A DNA stretch of 64,000 bases from a virus. The DNA lies in the IMG/VR virus record IMGVR_UViG_3300037464_000010, positions 1 to 64,000 of that record; one strand, 5' to 3'. The notes beneath the pieces were generated by a model. The model worked only from the letters and a program-made list of their open reading frames with translations, had not been told where the DNA came from and did no database searches. Below, piece after piece: positions 1-8,800 of the stretch (positions within the stretch are counted from its first letter, which is position 1; each line of letters opens with the position of its first letter). The position numbers were made by a program, and so were the translations under genes.

Positions 1-8
1 GATACAAA

Positions 9-569
9 GTGAGCGCGATAGCAGCCGGGTTCAATGCTTATCAAGCGGGGACTCCTGACGGCTCATGCTTCCTAATCGATTTAGGAACAGACATTGGTGC
101 AGGAATGACCGCTGCGGTTCCGGGGGGTACGCATACAGCAATTGATGGGACTCACCCTCGTGTGCCTCAAAATTCTATTATTGGAGCTGCAATATCTTCA
201 GCGATATCCTCGATAGTGGTTAGCGGAAGCGGGTCGGCAAGTGGTGGTTTTAGTGCAGGAAATACTTATATGTTGGAATTAACGAAACAACCTTCAGAGA
301 AATATCCTATAGCGTTTGAGTTTTATGGAAGACTTCCATTTAACACAACACTCGTAAGCGGTGTTATTACCGCTAGAAACCTAACTGATGATCTCGACGC
401 AACGAGCGTCATTCTACAATCCACTGTTGTTATTATTAGCGGCACTCAAGTTCGAGTAGGTGTTCAGGGAGGGACTCACGGAAAGACTTATGTAATCACC
501 TTAAAAGTAACTTTGTCTGACGGTTCCATTCTGGAAGATGAAGTTCGGATTAAGGTGGCTGAGACTTAG
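9..569 (+). CDS. 3' part of a structural-like (fibre/adaptor-type) protein gene; frame open to window edge
   Basis: ORF track. No in-frame stop between nt 3 and 9, so the GTG at 9 is probably internal. Gly/Ser/Thr-rich; the C-terminal ~95 aa (YPIAFEFYG..GGTHGKTYVITLKVTLSDGSILEDEVRIKV) has the beta-sandwich pattern of phage fibre-adaptor/Ig-like domains. Confidence 0.45.
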   Translation: MSAIAAGFNAYQAGTPDGSCFLIDLGTDIGAGMTAAVPGGTHTAIDGTHPRVPQNSIIGAAISSAISSIVVSGSGSASGGFSAGNTYMLELTKQPSEKYPIAFEFYGRLPFNTTLVSGVITARNLTDDLDATSVILQSTVVIISGTQVRVGVQGGTHGKTYVITLKVTLSDGSILEDEVRIKVAET

Positions 570-584
570 GAAAGAGAGGGGCAA

Positions 585-842
585 ATGAACGAAGACGACG
601 AAGACGATGTGTGGGATCATAAGGAATCGTTAGAGCGTGCCCAGAGTGAGTATGACGCTTTGGTTGCAGAGTTAGACGATAGAGAAGAGGAGCTATCTCA
701 ACTCAAGCGCCGCTATGAGGCTGCTGTGCGGTGCTTTATAGCGGCTGAGACTTCAGCTCGGTTTGAGTACGGTCAAGCTGCCCCTACCCGAGACGAAGCC
801 GAGCTACTAATCGAGGAGGAACTGAACCGTGAACATAAATAG
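585..842 (+). CDS. hypothetical acidic coiled-coil protein
   Basis: ORF track; GAGAGGGG RBS-like run upstream; first of a tightly packed same-strand series. Confidence 0.5.
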   Translation: MNEDDEDDVWDHKESLERAQSEYDALVAELDDREEELSQLKRRYEAAVRCFIAAETSARFEYGQAAPTRDEAELLIEEELNREHK

Positions 843-1026
843 GGGTCCTTTTTGGACAATAGTGGACAGCTACGGGTGGATGCGTTTCGCCGGAGAAGTC
901 GAAAAGCAAACTAGAGAAGAGTTTGTTCAAGACTTCCTTACGGAGAGAAAAGGAAATCTGGATTGGTATAAGACGTGTGGTTATCGCTGTGTGAAAATCG
1001 CGCTCACAGTTATTGAGGATGAATAA
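829..1026 (+). CDS. hypothetical protein
   Basis: ORF track; 14-nt overlap with upstream gene; stop overlaps next ATG (TAATG). Confidence 0.45.
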   Translation: MNINRGPFWTIVDSYGWMRFAGEVEKQTREEFVQDFLTERKGNLDWYKTCGYRCVKIALTVIEDE

Positions 1027-1265
1027 TGCCTAAATTTCTCGGCGGAATGGAGATTGTTATTAATCCATATATAAACCATCAAAAATGGGTTCGTCGTCCG
1101 AAATTACCAGCTACGAAAAAGCGAAGAATTAGAAAGAAGTGGATGCGTCGATATCCGCAGGGTGCGTGGGTAACGGAGTATAGAATTTACTATGTTATGG
1201 GAAAGTACGTCATGCATCCAGACACCTATGAGGCGTTGAAAGCCCAGATAGAGAGGGGGAAATGA
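1026..1265 (+). CDS. hypothetical basic protein
   Basis: ORF track; start/stop coupled on both sides (TAATG, ATGA). Confidence 0.5.
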   Translation: MPKFLGGMEIVINPYINHQKWVRRPKLPATKKRRIRKKWMRRYPQGAWVTEYRIYYVMGKYVMHPDTYEALKAQIERGK

Positions 1266-1633
1266 TACCCGCAGTCCCGTTTCGTTGGCGCAGTCTCGAT
1301 GGCACCGTCTGGACTATTGATACCATTAAAAGCGACCACGCTCTGAACGTTATGAAGATGCTTTGGAATGAGTGTGCTGATGTTGTGGGGCTTAAAGAAG
1401 TGGCCAGAACACCTGATGGTCTTCGCTCAGCTCTATCTATGCCGAGGAAGGTTCGGGTTCTTCTCACCCTGTTTCATGAGCTTGAGACAAATCGTGGCGG
1501 TGAAGAGAGCGTGTCTGAGCATATGAGACCGGTTTACCGAGAGCTTAAGGAGGAGATTTTCAGGGCTGCCGGTAAGCATAAGTGGTTAGAAGGAAATAAG
1601 TGGTTAGAGGGAGGCGTGAATGACGCAACGTAA
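1262..1633 (+). CDS. hypothetical protein
   Basis: ORF track; ATGA overlap with upstream gene. Confidence 0.5.
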   Translation: MIPAVPFRWRSLDGTVWTIDTIKSDHALNVMKMLWNECADVVGLKEVARTPDGLRSALSMPRKVRVLLTLFHELETNRGGEESVSEHMRPVYRELKEEIFRAAGKHKWLEGNKWLEGGVNDAT

Positions 1634-2111
1634 TTTTCAAGAAGAAGAGCTTTTAAATATTTACAGTAATCTTCAGGTGCAGCTTGGTCGTTTAGGTGAC
1701 TTTTTGCAGGGCCAAAAGAGAAATCCATATAAGGCCAGGGAGAAGGTGCAGCAATTTGTAACTGTTGAGGAGTTTGATGCTCGGCTTAAATCCTCAGATG
1801 AACAGAGAGATTCTTATGTTGAGTTTATTAAACGGAGTCTCGATGATCTGTGGAAGCGGACAAGTAATTTAGAGACGAGAATTAAAAAGCTGGAGCAGAC
1901 ACAAGGGCCAACAACACCAGTCGTAGAGAAGCCACAACAACTCCAGTTGATGGTGTGTATGGACACCTTGAAGGAAGCGTTTGAAGCAGGTAGGGCACGA
2001 GGTAAATGGGAAAGGGAAACCTGTACTTCATCTATTAATCCTAAGTGGATGAAAAGGCGAGGAGTTCCATCTGGGTTTGAAGAGTGGTTAGAAAAGAAGA
2101 GAGCGAAATAG
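1620..2111 (+). CDS. hypothetical coiled-coil protein
   Basis: ORF track; GGAGG upstream of ATG; abuts next gene. Confidence 0.5.
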   Translation: MTQRNFQEEELLNIYSNLQVQLGRLGDFLQGQKRNPYKAREKVQQFVTVEEFDARLKSSDEQRDSYVEFIKRSLDDLWKRTSNLETRIKKLEQTQGPTTPVVEKPQQLQLMVCMDTLKEAFEAGRARGKWERETCTSSINPKWMKRRGVPSGFEEWLEKKRAK

Positions 2112-2456
2112 ATGGAAGATAATTTGCTTTGGAGAATTGCAGCTCACACTGACTTTTTGGCTAAGAAAAAACGTGAGCTGGAAGTTTTAGAAAGGTTAGT
2201 AGGATTACGATTTTCCTCAAAACCGGACAGTCTCGGCTCGAACACCGTGATCTATTCGGCATTAATGGAAGAGATTTTCGTGCCCAATCCTTGGCCAGGA
2301 GAGGAACCTCTCTTAGATGTAAGAATGTTTGTTAATGAACTAAACGACGCCATTGCTCCGATTGTTGCGCGATATCAAGAAGGTCTACTAAAGAAAATAC
2401 GATCAGAAGTTTTAGAGACGCTTGCAAGTAAGGAGGGACCGAAATTTGAACGTTAG
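2112..2456 (+). CDS. hypothetical protein
   Basis: ORF track; ATG directly after the upstream stop. Confidence 0.5.
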   Translation: MEDNLLWRIAAHTDFLAKKKRELEVLERLVGLRFSSKPDSLGSNTVIYSALMEEIFVPNPWPGEEPLLDVRMFVNELNDAIAPIVARYQEGLLKKIRSEVLETLASKEGPKFER

Positions 2457-2664
2457 TGGTATCTGTTGCCAAACTTGTCGGTTTTATAAACCAACCCCTA
2501 CAGCATCGATGGATGGAGAATGCTTACGATATCCACCAAGGGTCATCGCTAATTCCCAGGGCACAACACGCGACGGAGATGGTGAAATAAGCTCTTGGCC
2601 AGAATCTTATTTTCCATCGGTAACGGAAGACGATTGGTGCGGAGAGTATCAGCCTGGTTATTAG
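2446..2664 (+). CDS. small Cys-rich protein (CxxC ... C ... C pattern)
   Basis: ORF track 2422..2664. I prefer the TTG at 2446, 9 nt after AAGGAGG. Pattern CCQTCRF..GECLRYPP..DWCGEY is typical of small phage Cys-rich proteins. Confidence 0.45.
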   Translation: MNVSGICCQTCRFYKPTPTASMDGECLRYPPRVIANSQGTTRDGDGEISSWPESYFPSVTEDDWCGEYQPGY

Positions 2665-2675
2665 AGAGGGGTTTA

Positions 2676-2912
2676 ATGGATGAAGAATTTAAGTATAAAA
2701 CTAAGAGCGAAAAAACCATAAGCATAACAGAGTTGTTTAAGCAACTTAAAGTTTTTCTAATTGCTCAACAAATTGTAATTCGAGCTGAGATTGAGGCTCA
2801 CGAATATGACACTTACTGCAGAGGCAGGCTTGAGGGACGAGCGACTCAAATACGTGAGGTTTTAGCTATTTTAAATGGAGAGAATCTTTTTGAGGAAAGT
2901 GATAATGGATGA
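2676..2912 (+). CDS. hypothetical protein
   Basis: ORF track 2595..2912 trimmed to the ATG at 2676 (MDEEFKYK), preceded by AGAGGGG. Confidence 0.45.
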   Translation: MDEEFKYKTKSEKTISITELFKQLKVFLIAQQIVIRAEIEAHEYDTYCRGRLEGRATQIREVLAILNGENLFEESDNG

Positions 2913-3231
2913 GTCGACAGTTTGGCTTACGGGGTTTCGGAGATCACGAAAAGGAGGGGTGCAAGTTGAGCAGCTTAATTGGTTTTTGACTCAACCACAA
3001 AGAGAAATGTTTGTAGGATGTCTCCTAAAAGAAACAGCTCAACTTTATTGTGACAAAGTGAATGCTTCTTATCATGGGATCTTCACTGCGGAAGTTGAGG
3101 AGATTCGAGAAGCGCGTCGACCAGTCGTGATGAAGATGGATGAGTTTAATCCGCAACCGGGCGACGTGCCAGAAATAATTCCACAGATCCATAGCACATG
3201 GGGAGCGAGAATAAAGAAGGTGGGGAAATGA
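2905..3231 (+). CDS. hypothetical protein
   Basis: ORF track 2875..3231 trimmed to the ATG at 2905, which overlaps the upstream stop (ATGGATGA). Confidence 0.5.
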   Translation: MDESTVWLTGFRRSRKGGVQVEQLNWFLTQPQREMFVGCLLKETAQLYCDKVNASYHGIFTAEVEEIREARRPVVMKMDEFNPQPGDVPEIIPQIHSTWGARIKKVGK

Positions 3232-3476
3232 ATGATACAAAGGGAGCTAAGACTGAGTTCGAAGAGTCTTTTGAGGACTTGAAGAATTGTCCGGTTCCTC
3301 CTTTTGACGAAATGAAGAAAGTTCTTTCTGAAGAAGAAAGCGCGGAGAGCCTAGTGGAACATTTGTTGGTTCATTTTTCTTTACTTCGAACGGAGCTAAA
3401 GAATATCGGATCCGAGCTAAACGGAATTCGTTCAGCGCTGAATCGAGTGAGTAAAGCTATAGAGAGGAACAGATGA
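3228..3476 (+). CDS. hypothetical acidic protein
   Basis: ORF track 3198..3476 trimmed to the ATG at 3228, which overlaps the upstream stop (ATGA). Confidence 0.5.
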   Translation: MNDTKGAKTEFEESFEDLKNCPVPPFDEMKKVLSEEESAESLVEHLLVHFSLLRTELKNIGSELNGIRSALNRVSKAIERNR

Positions 3477-3643
3477 TTAAGCCCCCACTGATAGATTGGA
3501 GACTCGTTGATTTTACAGAGCCCGTTTTCATTTTAAAATCTTTAGCGATCCTTATTCTTTTTATTGCAATGTTTCTTAGTGTTGTTGCGGTAGCTATGCT
3601 CTTTGTTCATATCGGATTGTGGATAGTGGATTTGGATTTATAG
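3473..3643 (+). CDS. small membrane protein (56 aa, below ORF-track cutoff)
   Basis: Hand translation MIKPPLIDWRLVDFTEPVFILKSLAILILFIAMFLSVVAVAMLFVHIGLWIVDLDL. ATGA overlap with the upstream stop; one long hydrophobic segment. Confidence 0.4.
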   Translation: MIKPPLIDWRLVDFTEPVFILKSLAILILFIAMFLSVVAVAMLFVHIGLWIVDLDL

Positions 3644-3651
3644 GAATAAAA

Positions 3652-3810
3652 ATGCCCTGGAATTTATTTATTTCACTCGGATGCCTAATAACCGTAATTT
3701 ATTCTTTGGTTGTTGTGGTTTCCTGCTTGATGCAGATTTCAACTTTACATTCAGAAATTGAACAAATTTCAAAAGAGATTCATGAGCGCATGAATAGGAT
3801 TTATAAATAA
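3652..3810 (+). CDS. small single-pass membrane protein
   Basis: ORF track 3619..3810 trimmed to the ATG at 3652 (MPWNLFISLGCLITVIYSLVVVV..); a TM segment followed by an EIEQ-containing helix. Confidence 0.4.
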   Translation: MPWNLFISLGCLITVIYSLVVVVSCLMQISTLHSEIEQISKEIHERMNRIYK

Positions 3811-3824
3811 TTAGAGGCACCACT

Positions 3825-4463
3825 ATGAACGTACAAACTATTCAAATGCCTAAAGAGGCAGCTTTCGCAAAGATCGAAGCTTATAAGAAACGCTTAGCAA
3901 GGATGCGGCATAGCAAGGCCAATGAAGAAGTGCGGAAGGAATACGAAGCAGCACTTCAGGGCTACAAGGCTCTAGCGCAAGGAACGCCGCTTATTGATCT
4001 TGATGATGTAATGCAGAATTGTCCGTTGGACGAGAAATGGAGACCGAAACTTGCTGTTGCGAGAGCAGATAGAAAACAAGTGCGATTTCAATGGAGTGGG
4101 GGTGAAAATGGGGCTCAGTTTGATAGTGACGTAAATACTTGGTCACCTCGCGAATCGCTTCGGATAGCCGTGAATATGGGCCGTACGCTACATTGGTGGA
4201 ATGAAACACACAAGTATTATCAAAGCACTAAGGGTTTCGCGATTGTACCTATGGTTCCGCCTGATGTTCGACCCGAGACGGGACAGCTTAAAGACTGGGT
4301 AATTCTTTGGGAGGTTGAAAAGTGGGCAGACCACAAGATTAAAGCGACGCCGGATATTGATCCGTACCTTTTAAAACATGTAGGGGGTTCGCTTTATGCG
4401 GTTATTGCAGAATGGGATCTGACAGATCTTGAGCGGAGTATTATTAAGGGGAGGATTTCGTAA
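3825..4463 (+). CDS. hypothetical protein
   Basis: ORF track, 212 aa; AGAGG upstream; no motif recognised. Confidence 0.6.
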   Translation: MNVQTIQMPKEAAFAKIEAYKKRLARMRHSKANEEVRKEYEAALQGYKALAQGTPLIDLDDVMQNCPLDEKWRPKLAVARADRKQVRFQWSGGENGAQFDSDVNTWSPRESLRIAVNMGRTLHWWNETHKYYQSTKGFAIVPMVPPDVRPETGQLKDWVILWEVEKWADHKIKATPDIDPYLLKHVGGSLYAVIAEWDLTDLERSIIKGRIS

Positions 4464-4751
4464 ATGGGTGATGAAGAAAGAGATTTAAACGAAGTAATGC
4501 AAAATGCATTTGAGCTTATTATAAATAAAGAGAATCGATACAAACCTGTCACTAATGAAATGTTACATCTTGCTTGTCAGCAGATGATACAAGCTATAGC
4601 AAAAGGATTTGAAGCTAAATATCGTTCACCAGAGCAAGCGAAGATTGAAGCAATAGAGGATTATGTTCGGATTCAACAGGTTTGGTGCCAACACAATCCT
4701 AACCCCGAGCTTCAAAGAGTTCTTGGACAGATATTGTTTTTTCTTTTGTAA
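4464..4751 (+). CDS. hypothetical protein
   Basis: ORF track; ATG directly after the upstream stop. Confidence 0.5.
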   Translation: MGDEERDLNEVMQNAFELIINKENRYKPVTNEMLHLACQQMIQAIAKGFEAKYRSPEQAKIEAIEDYVRIQQVWCQHNPNPELQRVLGQILFFLL

Positions 4752-4763
4752 TGAGAGGAGTTC

Positions 4764-5006
4764 ATGGATCTGAAATCAACTCTTATTCTTATCGTCGTTG
4801 CTGCTAACCTTTATTGTTTGCAGTATGTGGGATTAGGTTTCATTGCCGACTTAGCGCTCTTTGCTTGCTTTTGCTTTCTTTATGCTGGAATGGAGGAACT
4901 GAAGAAGAGTCAGCAGACGGAGACGGTGAGGCGAATTACTCCTGAAGAGTTTGATAAGATTGTGAAAGAGACTTCGGACGCCATTGTGGAAAGGAAGCTT
5001 AATTGA
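4764..5006 (+). CDS. small membrane protein
   Basis: ORF track; GAGAGGAG upstream; two hydrophobic segments at the N-terminus. Confidence 0.5.
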   Translation: MDLKSTLILIVVAANLYCLQYVGLGFIADLALFACFCFLYAGMEELKKSQQTETVRRITPEEFDKIVKETSDAIVERKLN

Positions 5007-5087
5007 TTTAAGGGGTGGACGACGAGAGTATTTAGTTACAGCATTGTTTTCAGATCGAGTAGTTACTCGTTTTGAAGGATATTGCTA

Positions 5088-5279
5088 ATGGAACATATTC
5101 GAAAGTTAGTTCAGCGGACCGAAATTCTTGTGATAGCTGTACTTTTTGCGGTGATAGCAGGTATCACTGTTTTAGTGATGGTTCGATTTCATGAGATGAA
5201 GCTTCTCACAGCAGAAATCGAACAAAATAGAAGGATTTTTGAAATTACTTGCAATCGGAACGTCGCCCACAAACAATAA
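5088..5279 (+). CDS. small single-pass membrane protein (paralog-like of 3652..3810)
   Basis: ORF track 5082..5279 trimmed to the ATG at 5088; TM segment ILVIAVLFAVIAGITVLVMV followed by an AEIEQ helix. Confidence 0.45.
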   Translation: MEHIRKLVQRTEILVIAVLFAVIAGITVLVMVRFHEMKLLTAEIEQNRRIFEITCNRNVAHKQ

Positions 5280-5333
5280 GAATATAGTCCTTTCTGGTGA
5301 GTCTAGTTACAATGGCCTCTTTAAGGGGCAAAA

Positions 5334-5888
5334 TTGGGGAAGGGCAAAACACACGAGACTTACCAGGATGCAAGGCTGAAGGTTGCGAAGGATAGCTTTT
5401 GTCGCACCACCATTCACGGGTCCCTTACTAATCCCGAGCTAGTCCATATTGAGCTTAAGGGGCCAGTTGCCTCTATTCCCGCCCTTAAGAATTCCAAGGT
5501 TCAGGGTATGAATGTTCTTCGAGAAGCGACTCGTGCGCGTCTTGAAGTTATGTCTGAGATTTTTCAGAAATCAGTCAATTTTCAACCTCCACGCTACACC
5601 GTTCGTATCTTTTGTCTCATCTTACTCTCGTACAGGGGACGAGCCTTTGACGAGGACAATGTTTTAACGACGGTACGGGACTGGTTAGAGCCGCGCTTTA
5701 TTCGGCGACACGATCGTAAGTGGGGAGTAGGAATAATCCCGAATGATAGGATGGTGAACGGGTTCCCAGTGCCAAAACTTAAGGGTGCTCCCACGTCAGA
5801 GGTTACGGAGATAATTATTAGACCGGAGGCAAGCATCCTGTCAGCGCGAGACATTTTCATTCAGGAGATCTTGCGAATATCAGTATAA
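5334..5888 (+). CDS. possible RusA-like Holliday junction resolvase
   Basis: ORF track (TTG start). RAFDEDNVLTTVRDWL ... GIIPNDRMV resembles the RusA acidic motif (DxDN..K...DaL ... DD). By-eye match only. Confidence 0.4.
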   Translation: MGKGKTHETYQDARLKVAKDSFCRTTIHGSLTNPELVHIELKGPVASIPALKNSKVQGMNVLREATRARLEVMSEIFQKSVNFQPPRYTVRIFCLILLSYRGRAFDEDNVLTTVRDWLEPRFIRRHDRKWGVGIIPNDRMVNGFPVPKLKGAPTSEVTEIIIRPEASILSARDIFIQEILRISV

Positions 5889-5932
5889 CCCCCGCTTATT
5901 TTGCTTGCTTTTTTTAATAAAAGCTGCTTATA

Positions 5933-6184
5933 ATGAAATACCATAATCGTCTTCAGGAAACTGGCAACTTCCCCTCGCGAGCAGTCATTAAGGTGAGGCG
6001 TCAAGGGGTATCGGGGCAACAGGCGGTTGATAAGGTAATTGAATATTTAGAGAAAACCTTGACCGTTTTAGAGATGGATGCAAAACGATATCAAAAGGAG
6101 CGAAACGAAGAAGGTATGCATGTTACCGAGCTTCGGAGACAATGGACCGAAAACATGATTATTTGGATCGAAACAAATGTCTGA
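5933..6184 (+). CDS. hypothetical protein
   Basis: ORF track; overlaps next gene by 8 nt. Confidence 0.5.
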   Translation: MKYHNRLQETGNFPSRAVIKVRRQGVSGQQAVDKVIEYLEKTLTVLEMDAKRYQKERNEEGMHVTELRRQWTENMIIWIETNV

Positions 6185-6365
6185 AAGTGCTCCCCTAATA
6201 GGTCTTTTGGTGCCCGTAGAACGGGAAGGTAAAACCATCTCTCTCGATATTACTCAGTTAACTAATGACGAGCTTGAGGCTTATTCTTCAGCTAATCCCT
6301 ATAGCGGTTGGGAGATAGCCAAGATCCTGCTTAAGTGGATTAAGAATAACGTAGAGGTTGAGTGA
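6177..6365 (+). CDS. hypothetical protein
   Basis: ORF track; coupled to both neighbours. Confidence 0.45.
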   Translation: MSESAPLIGLLVPVEREGKTISLDITQLTNDELEAYSSANPYSGWEIAKILLKWIKNNVEVE

Positions 6366-6688
6366 CGCAAGGAATTCAAAATCTCATTGCGGGTCAGGTC
6401 CAATCTAAGACCGACATTATGGCCTTAATTCAGTTTTTCTTAGAGAACGAATCCTTTTGGCGCAATGCTCGCGAAGTTTCTAGTGAGGAATTTTTTCGGG
6501 AGCTAGTTCAAAATAAAGAGTTTAAAGCTGGGCGAATGACACTGGGTTCTTTCGAGGTAAATGCTTATTCAAGCAACTTCGACGAAGGGATTAGGTCCGT
6601 TAAGTTTATTTCGATTTTCCAAAGCAAGAATAAATATTACTTTATAAGAAACGACGACGATGCCGGGGCGACCAGCGAGGCCCTGTAG
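6362..6688 (+). CDS. hypothetical protein
   Basis: ORF track (GTG start overlapping the upstream stop). Confidence 0.5.
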   Translation: MTQGIQNLIAGQVQSKTDIMALIQFFLENESFWRNAREVSSEEFFRELVQNKEFKAGRMTLGSFEVNAYSSNFDEGIRSVKFISIFQSKNKYYFIRNDDDAGATSEAL

Positions 6689-7025
6689 TGGACCCATGTG
6701 TCCCAATTTGGTGCATGAGATTAAAAGGCTGTGTGAGGACTGTCAGAAGAAACAATGGGCTAGACGAGCAAAGGAGGAGCGAGAAAAGAATCCTGATGAG
6801 CAGCGATTTTACAACTCCTCCACATGGCGAGATCGGCGGCTCGCACAACTAAAAAGAGAGCCGTTTTGTAGAGAGTGTAAGAAGAAAGGAAAGATGACTT
6901 TTGCGCAAATGGTGGATCACATAGCGCAGATACGATTAGGCGGTTCAAGATTGGATTTTACGAATCTCCAATCACTGTGTAATCGGTGTCATGATCGAAA
7001 GAGACAAACTGAAAGAGGAACGTAA
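6660..7025 (+). CDS. HNH endonuclease
   Basis: CPNLV..CEDC ... REPFCRECKKKG..AQMVDHI ... NLQSLCNRCHDRK: the Zn-finger pairs plus the H-N-H core of phage HNH nucleases. Confidence 0.8.
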   Translation: MPGRPARPCSGPMCPNLVHEIKRLCEDCQKKQWARRAKEEREKNPDEQRFYNSSTWRDRRLAQLKREPFCRECKKKGKMTFAQMVDHIAQIRLGGSRLDFTNLQSLCNRCHDRKRQTERGT

Positions 7026-7026
7026 A

Positions 7027-7245
7027 ATGAAATACTTGATGTTGGTAGCGATAGTTTTCTTAAGTGGTTGTACACCAGAGATGCAACGCGCTTATTTTGA
7101 AGGTCAAAGACGAGCGGCATATCCTCGCTACTACCCTCGAAAACATGAAATTATTGTTAAGCATCAGTATCCGAAAGAATATTATGCTCCCCCTCGATCG
7201 CCAAGAAGCACCAATCCATATTTGAATGGATATAGACGAAAGTAG
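7027..7245 (+). CDS. small lipoprotein
   Basis: ORF track 6991..7245 trimmed to the ATG at 7027; MKYLMLVAIVFLSGC is a signal peptide with a lipobox Cys. Confidence 0.55.
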   Translation: MKYLMLVAIVFLSGCTPEMQRAYFEGQRRAAYPRYYPRKHEIIVKHQYPKEYYAPPRSPRSTNPYLNGYRRK

Positions 7246-7248
7246 TTA

Positions 7249-7413
7249 ATGTTTTCACTATTCCCAGACACGGATTATAAAGCTTATGTTCCAAGCGAGG
7301 ATGATAGTGCGGAGGTTTTGAAATGCTGGAGCAAGGTTTTTTCAATGTTAGTGCCAGCGATTAAGGAAAAAATAAATGAGCTGCAAGTACAGCCTAAAGA
7401 GTTAGAGAAATGA
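7249..7413 (+). CDS. hypothetical small protein (54 aa, below ORF-track cutoff)
   Basis: Hand translation MFSLFPDTDYKAYVPSEDDSAEVLKCWSKVFSMLVPAIKEKINELQVQPKELEK; fills an otherwise empty 165-nt gap. Confidence 0.35.
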   Translation: MFSLFPDTDYKAYVPSEDDSAEVLKCWSKVFSMLVPAIKEKINELQVQPKELEK

Positions 7414-7476
7414 AGCTAAAAACTTATGAGATTAAGTATGTTGGGAAAATGGCATACGCCGAAGGAATAAAACAAT

Positions 7477-7746
7477 ATGGCCGATCCGAGAAAAAGAGAA
7501 ATTCTGATTCCATCGATAGTCGTCCATATCGTTCTAGGAATCCTAACATGCCTTATCGTTTTCCCTCTTTTTTATCTTCTGAACGTCAAGGTTGATTTAA
7601 TTGCTGAAAGAATCAAGGCTGAGACTCTAAGAGTTCGAGCTGAAGCAGAGGCGTCTTATAATCGGACGCTTTCGGCGTCAATTGACGATAAGGTTCTTAG
7701 GTGGAAAAAGTTAGAGAAATGGGACGGGGAAGAAGGTGGAAGGTAA
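7477..7746 (+). CDS. small single-pass membrane protein
   Basis: ORF track; TM segment IPSIVVHIVLGILTCLIVFPLFYLL then a charged helix. Conflicts with the alternative-frame ORF 7410..7595. Confidence 0.45.
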   Translation: MADPRKREILIPSIVVHIVLGILTCLIVFPLFYLLNVKVDLIAERIKAETLRVRAEAEASYNRTLSASIDDKVLRWKKLEKWDGEEGGR

Positions 7747-7835
7747 GACTATGGATGATTTGTTTTGGTTGGTTTTAGCGATCGCTCCTTTAATCTTTAT
7801 ATGGATTGCGATCCGGAGTTCTCGTTATTAAGAAT

Positions 7836-8099
7836 ATGAAAAAGTTACGAGAGGGTGATTTAGTTTGCATCCATTGGAATGACCAGTGTTTTTATGTGGG
7901 GCCAGCTTTAGCTGAAAACGCTCTTCAAAAATCATTTGGGCGATCAGTTGGTTTCTTTGTTTCTCAAGATGAAAGGTGGCTTTGTATTGCGGCAGAGCGC
8001 TTTGTTACAAGTGAAAACTCTAATGATAATTATCGGCAGATAATGAGCTTTCCAAAGGCGTGCATTACTAAGATTCAGGTTGTTGAGTTAACTCCATAA
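7836..8099 (+). CDS. hypothetical protein
   Basis: ORF track 7806..8099 trimmed to the ATG at 7836 (MKKLREGD). Confidence 0.5.
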   Translation: MKKLREGDLVCIHWNDQCFYVGPALAENALQKSFGRSVGFFVSQDERWLCIAAERFVTSENSNDNYRQIMSFPKACITKIQVVELTP

Positions 8100-8102
8100 A
8101 AA

Positions 8103-8146
8103 CATGGAAAGAGAGCTTTCTTCCCTCACCTCTTTCCATGTTTTTT
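8103..8146. terminator. bidirectional intrinsic terminator between convergent genes
   Basis: 11-bp perfect stem CATGGAAAGAG (8103-8113) / CTCTTTCCATG (8130-8140), followed by T6 and preceded by an A-run. Confidence 0.55.
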
Positions 8147-8147
8147 C

Positions 8148-8438
8148 TTATTGACCACCCGGAAGCCTTCCCCCTCTATCGCCTTCTGCTTCAGCAGGTA
8201 TATCTTCGGCGATCTCCCTTGGAACATCTTCTTCTGTAACGGTTTCTTCGTTTGTTACATCTGAAGCGTATTCAGAGTTTTCTTCAGGAGCGGGTGTAGG
8301 TGCGTCGATGTCATTAAAAGCCGCTGGATCGTAATTACGCTCCTTGGCTGATTCACTTAGTTTGTTCCAATATTCTGGGTTCGTACAACTACTAGGAACC
8401 GCCATCATGATTAGAGCTGAGCAACATAAAAGTTTCAT
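8148..8438 (-). CDS. acidic lipoprotein
   Basis: ORF track; MKLLCCSALIMMAVPSSC signal/lipobox, Glu/Asp-rich C-terminus; ATGA-coupled to the upstream HTH gene. Confidence 0.55.
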   Translation of the reverse strand: MKLLCCSALIMMAVPSSCTNPEYWNKLSESAKERNYDPAAFNDIDAPTPAPEENSEYASDVTNEETVTEEDVPREIAEDIPAEAEGDRGGRLPGGQ

Positions 8439-8638
8439 TGATTCTTATCTCCGTTTTTTCTGAGTTCGCGCAAGATGGTCACAGCTTGTTTTTTAATAAC
8501 TCTTTCAAGTTTCTTGCGCATTTCATTAGTTAGGCCGCTTCTTAGATGATACCGGAGAGTTGCTTCTGGCACACCCATCTGTTTTGCAATCCAATTAACT
8601 CGCAGGCCATACTCTCGCAAGCCATCAGCAGAATACAT
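8435..8638 (-). CDS. helix-turn-helix DNA-binding protein
   Basis: ORF track; NWIAKQMGVPEATLRYHL looks like a classic HTH. Confidence 0.55.
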   Translation of the reverse strand: MYSADGLREYGLRVNWIAKQMGVPEATLRYHLRSGLTNEMRKKLERVIKKQAVTILRELRKNGDKNQ

Positions 8639-8696
8639 TTTTTGCCTCTTTTAGTTGAAAAATTCGCGATCTCTCTACATTTAAGTATGACATAAG

Positions 8697-8726
8697 TTGC
8701 GAAAAAACGCAACGAAAAATCGCAAA
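8697..8726 (+). promoter_or_regulatory. A-tract/CG promoter-like motif, instance a
   Basis: TTGCGAAAAAACGCAACGAAAAATCGCAAAG, about 75 nt upstream of the ParB-like gene; same family as the motifs at 10304, 14397, 15164 and 16017. Confidence 0.4.
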
Positions 8727-8800
8727 GTAAAGTCGTCTGTCAAGAATGTTTGTAACGTGATATGCGTGTCTAGGAGTTAATTTTGGAGGCAAAATACACA

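Noticed and set aside
7410-7595. Track ORF 7410..7595
   Set aside because: It overlaps 7477..7746 in another frame. Its C-terminal two thirds are Ser/Arg/Pro-rich, while 7477..7746 encodes a clean TM protein. At most a short N-terminal peptide might be real.
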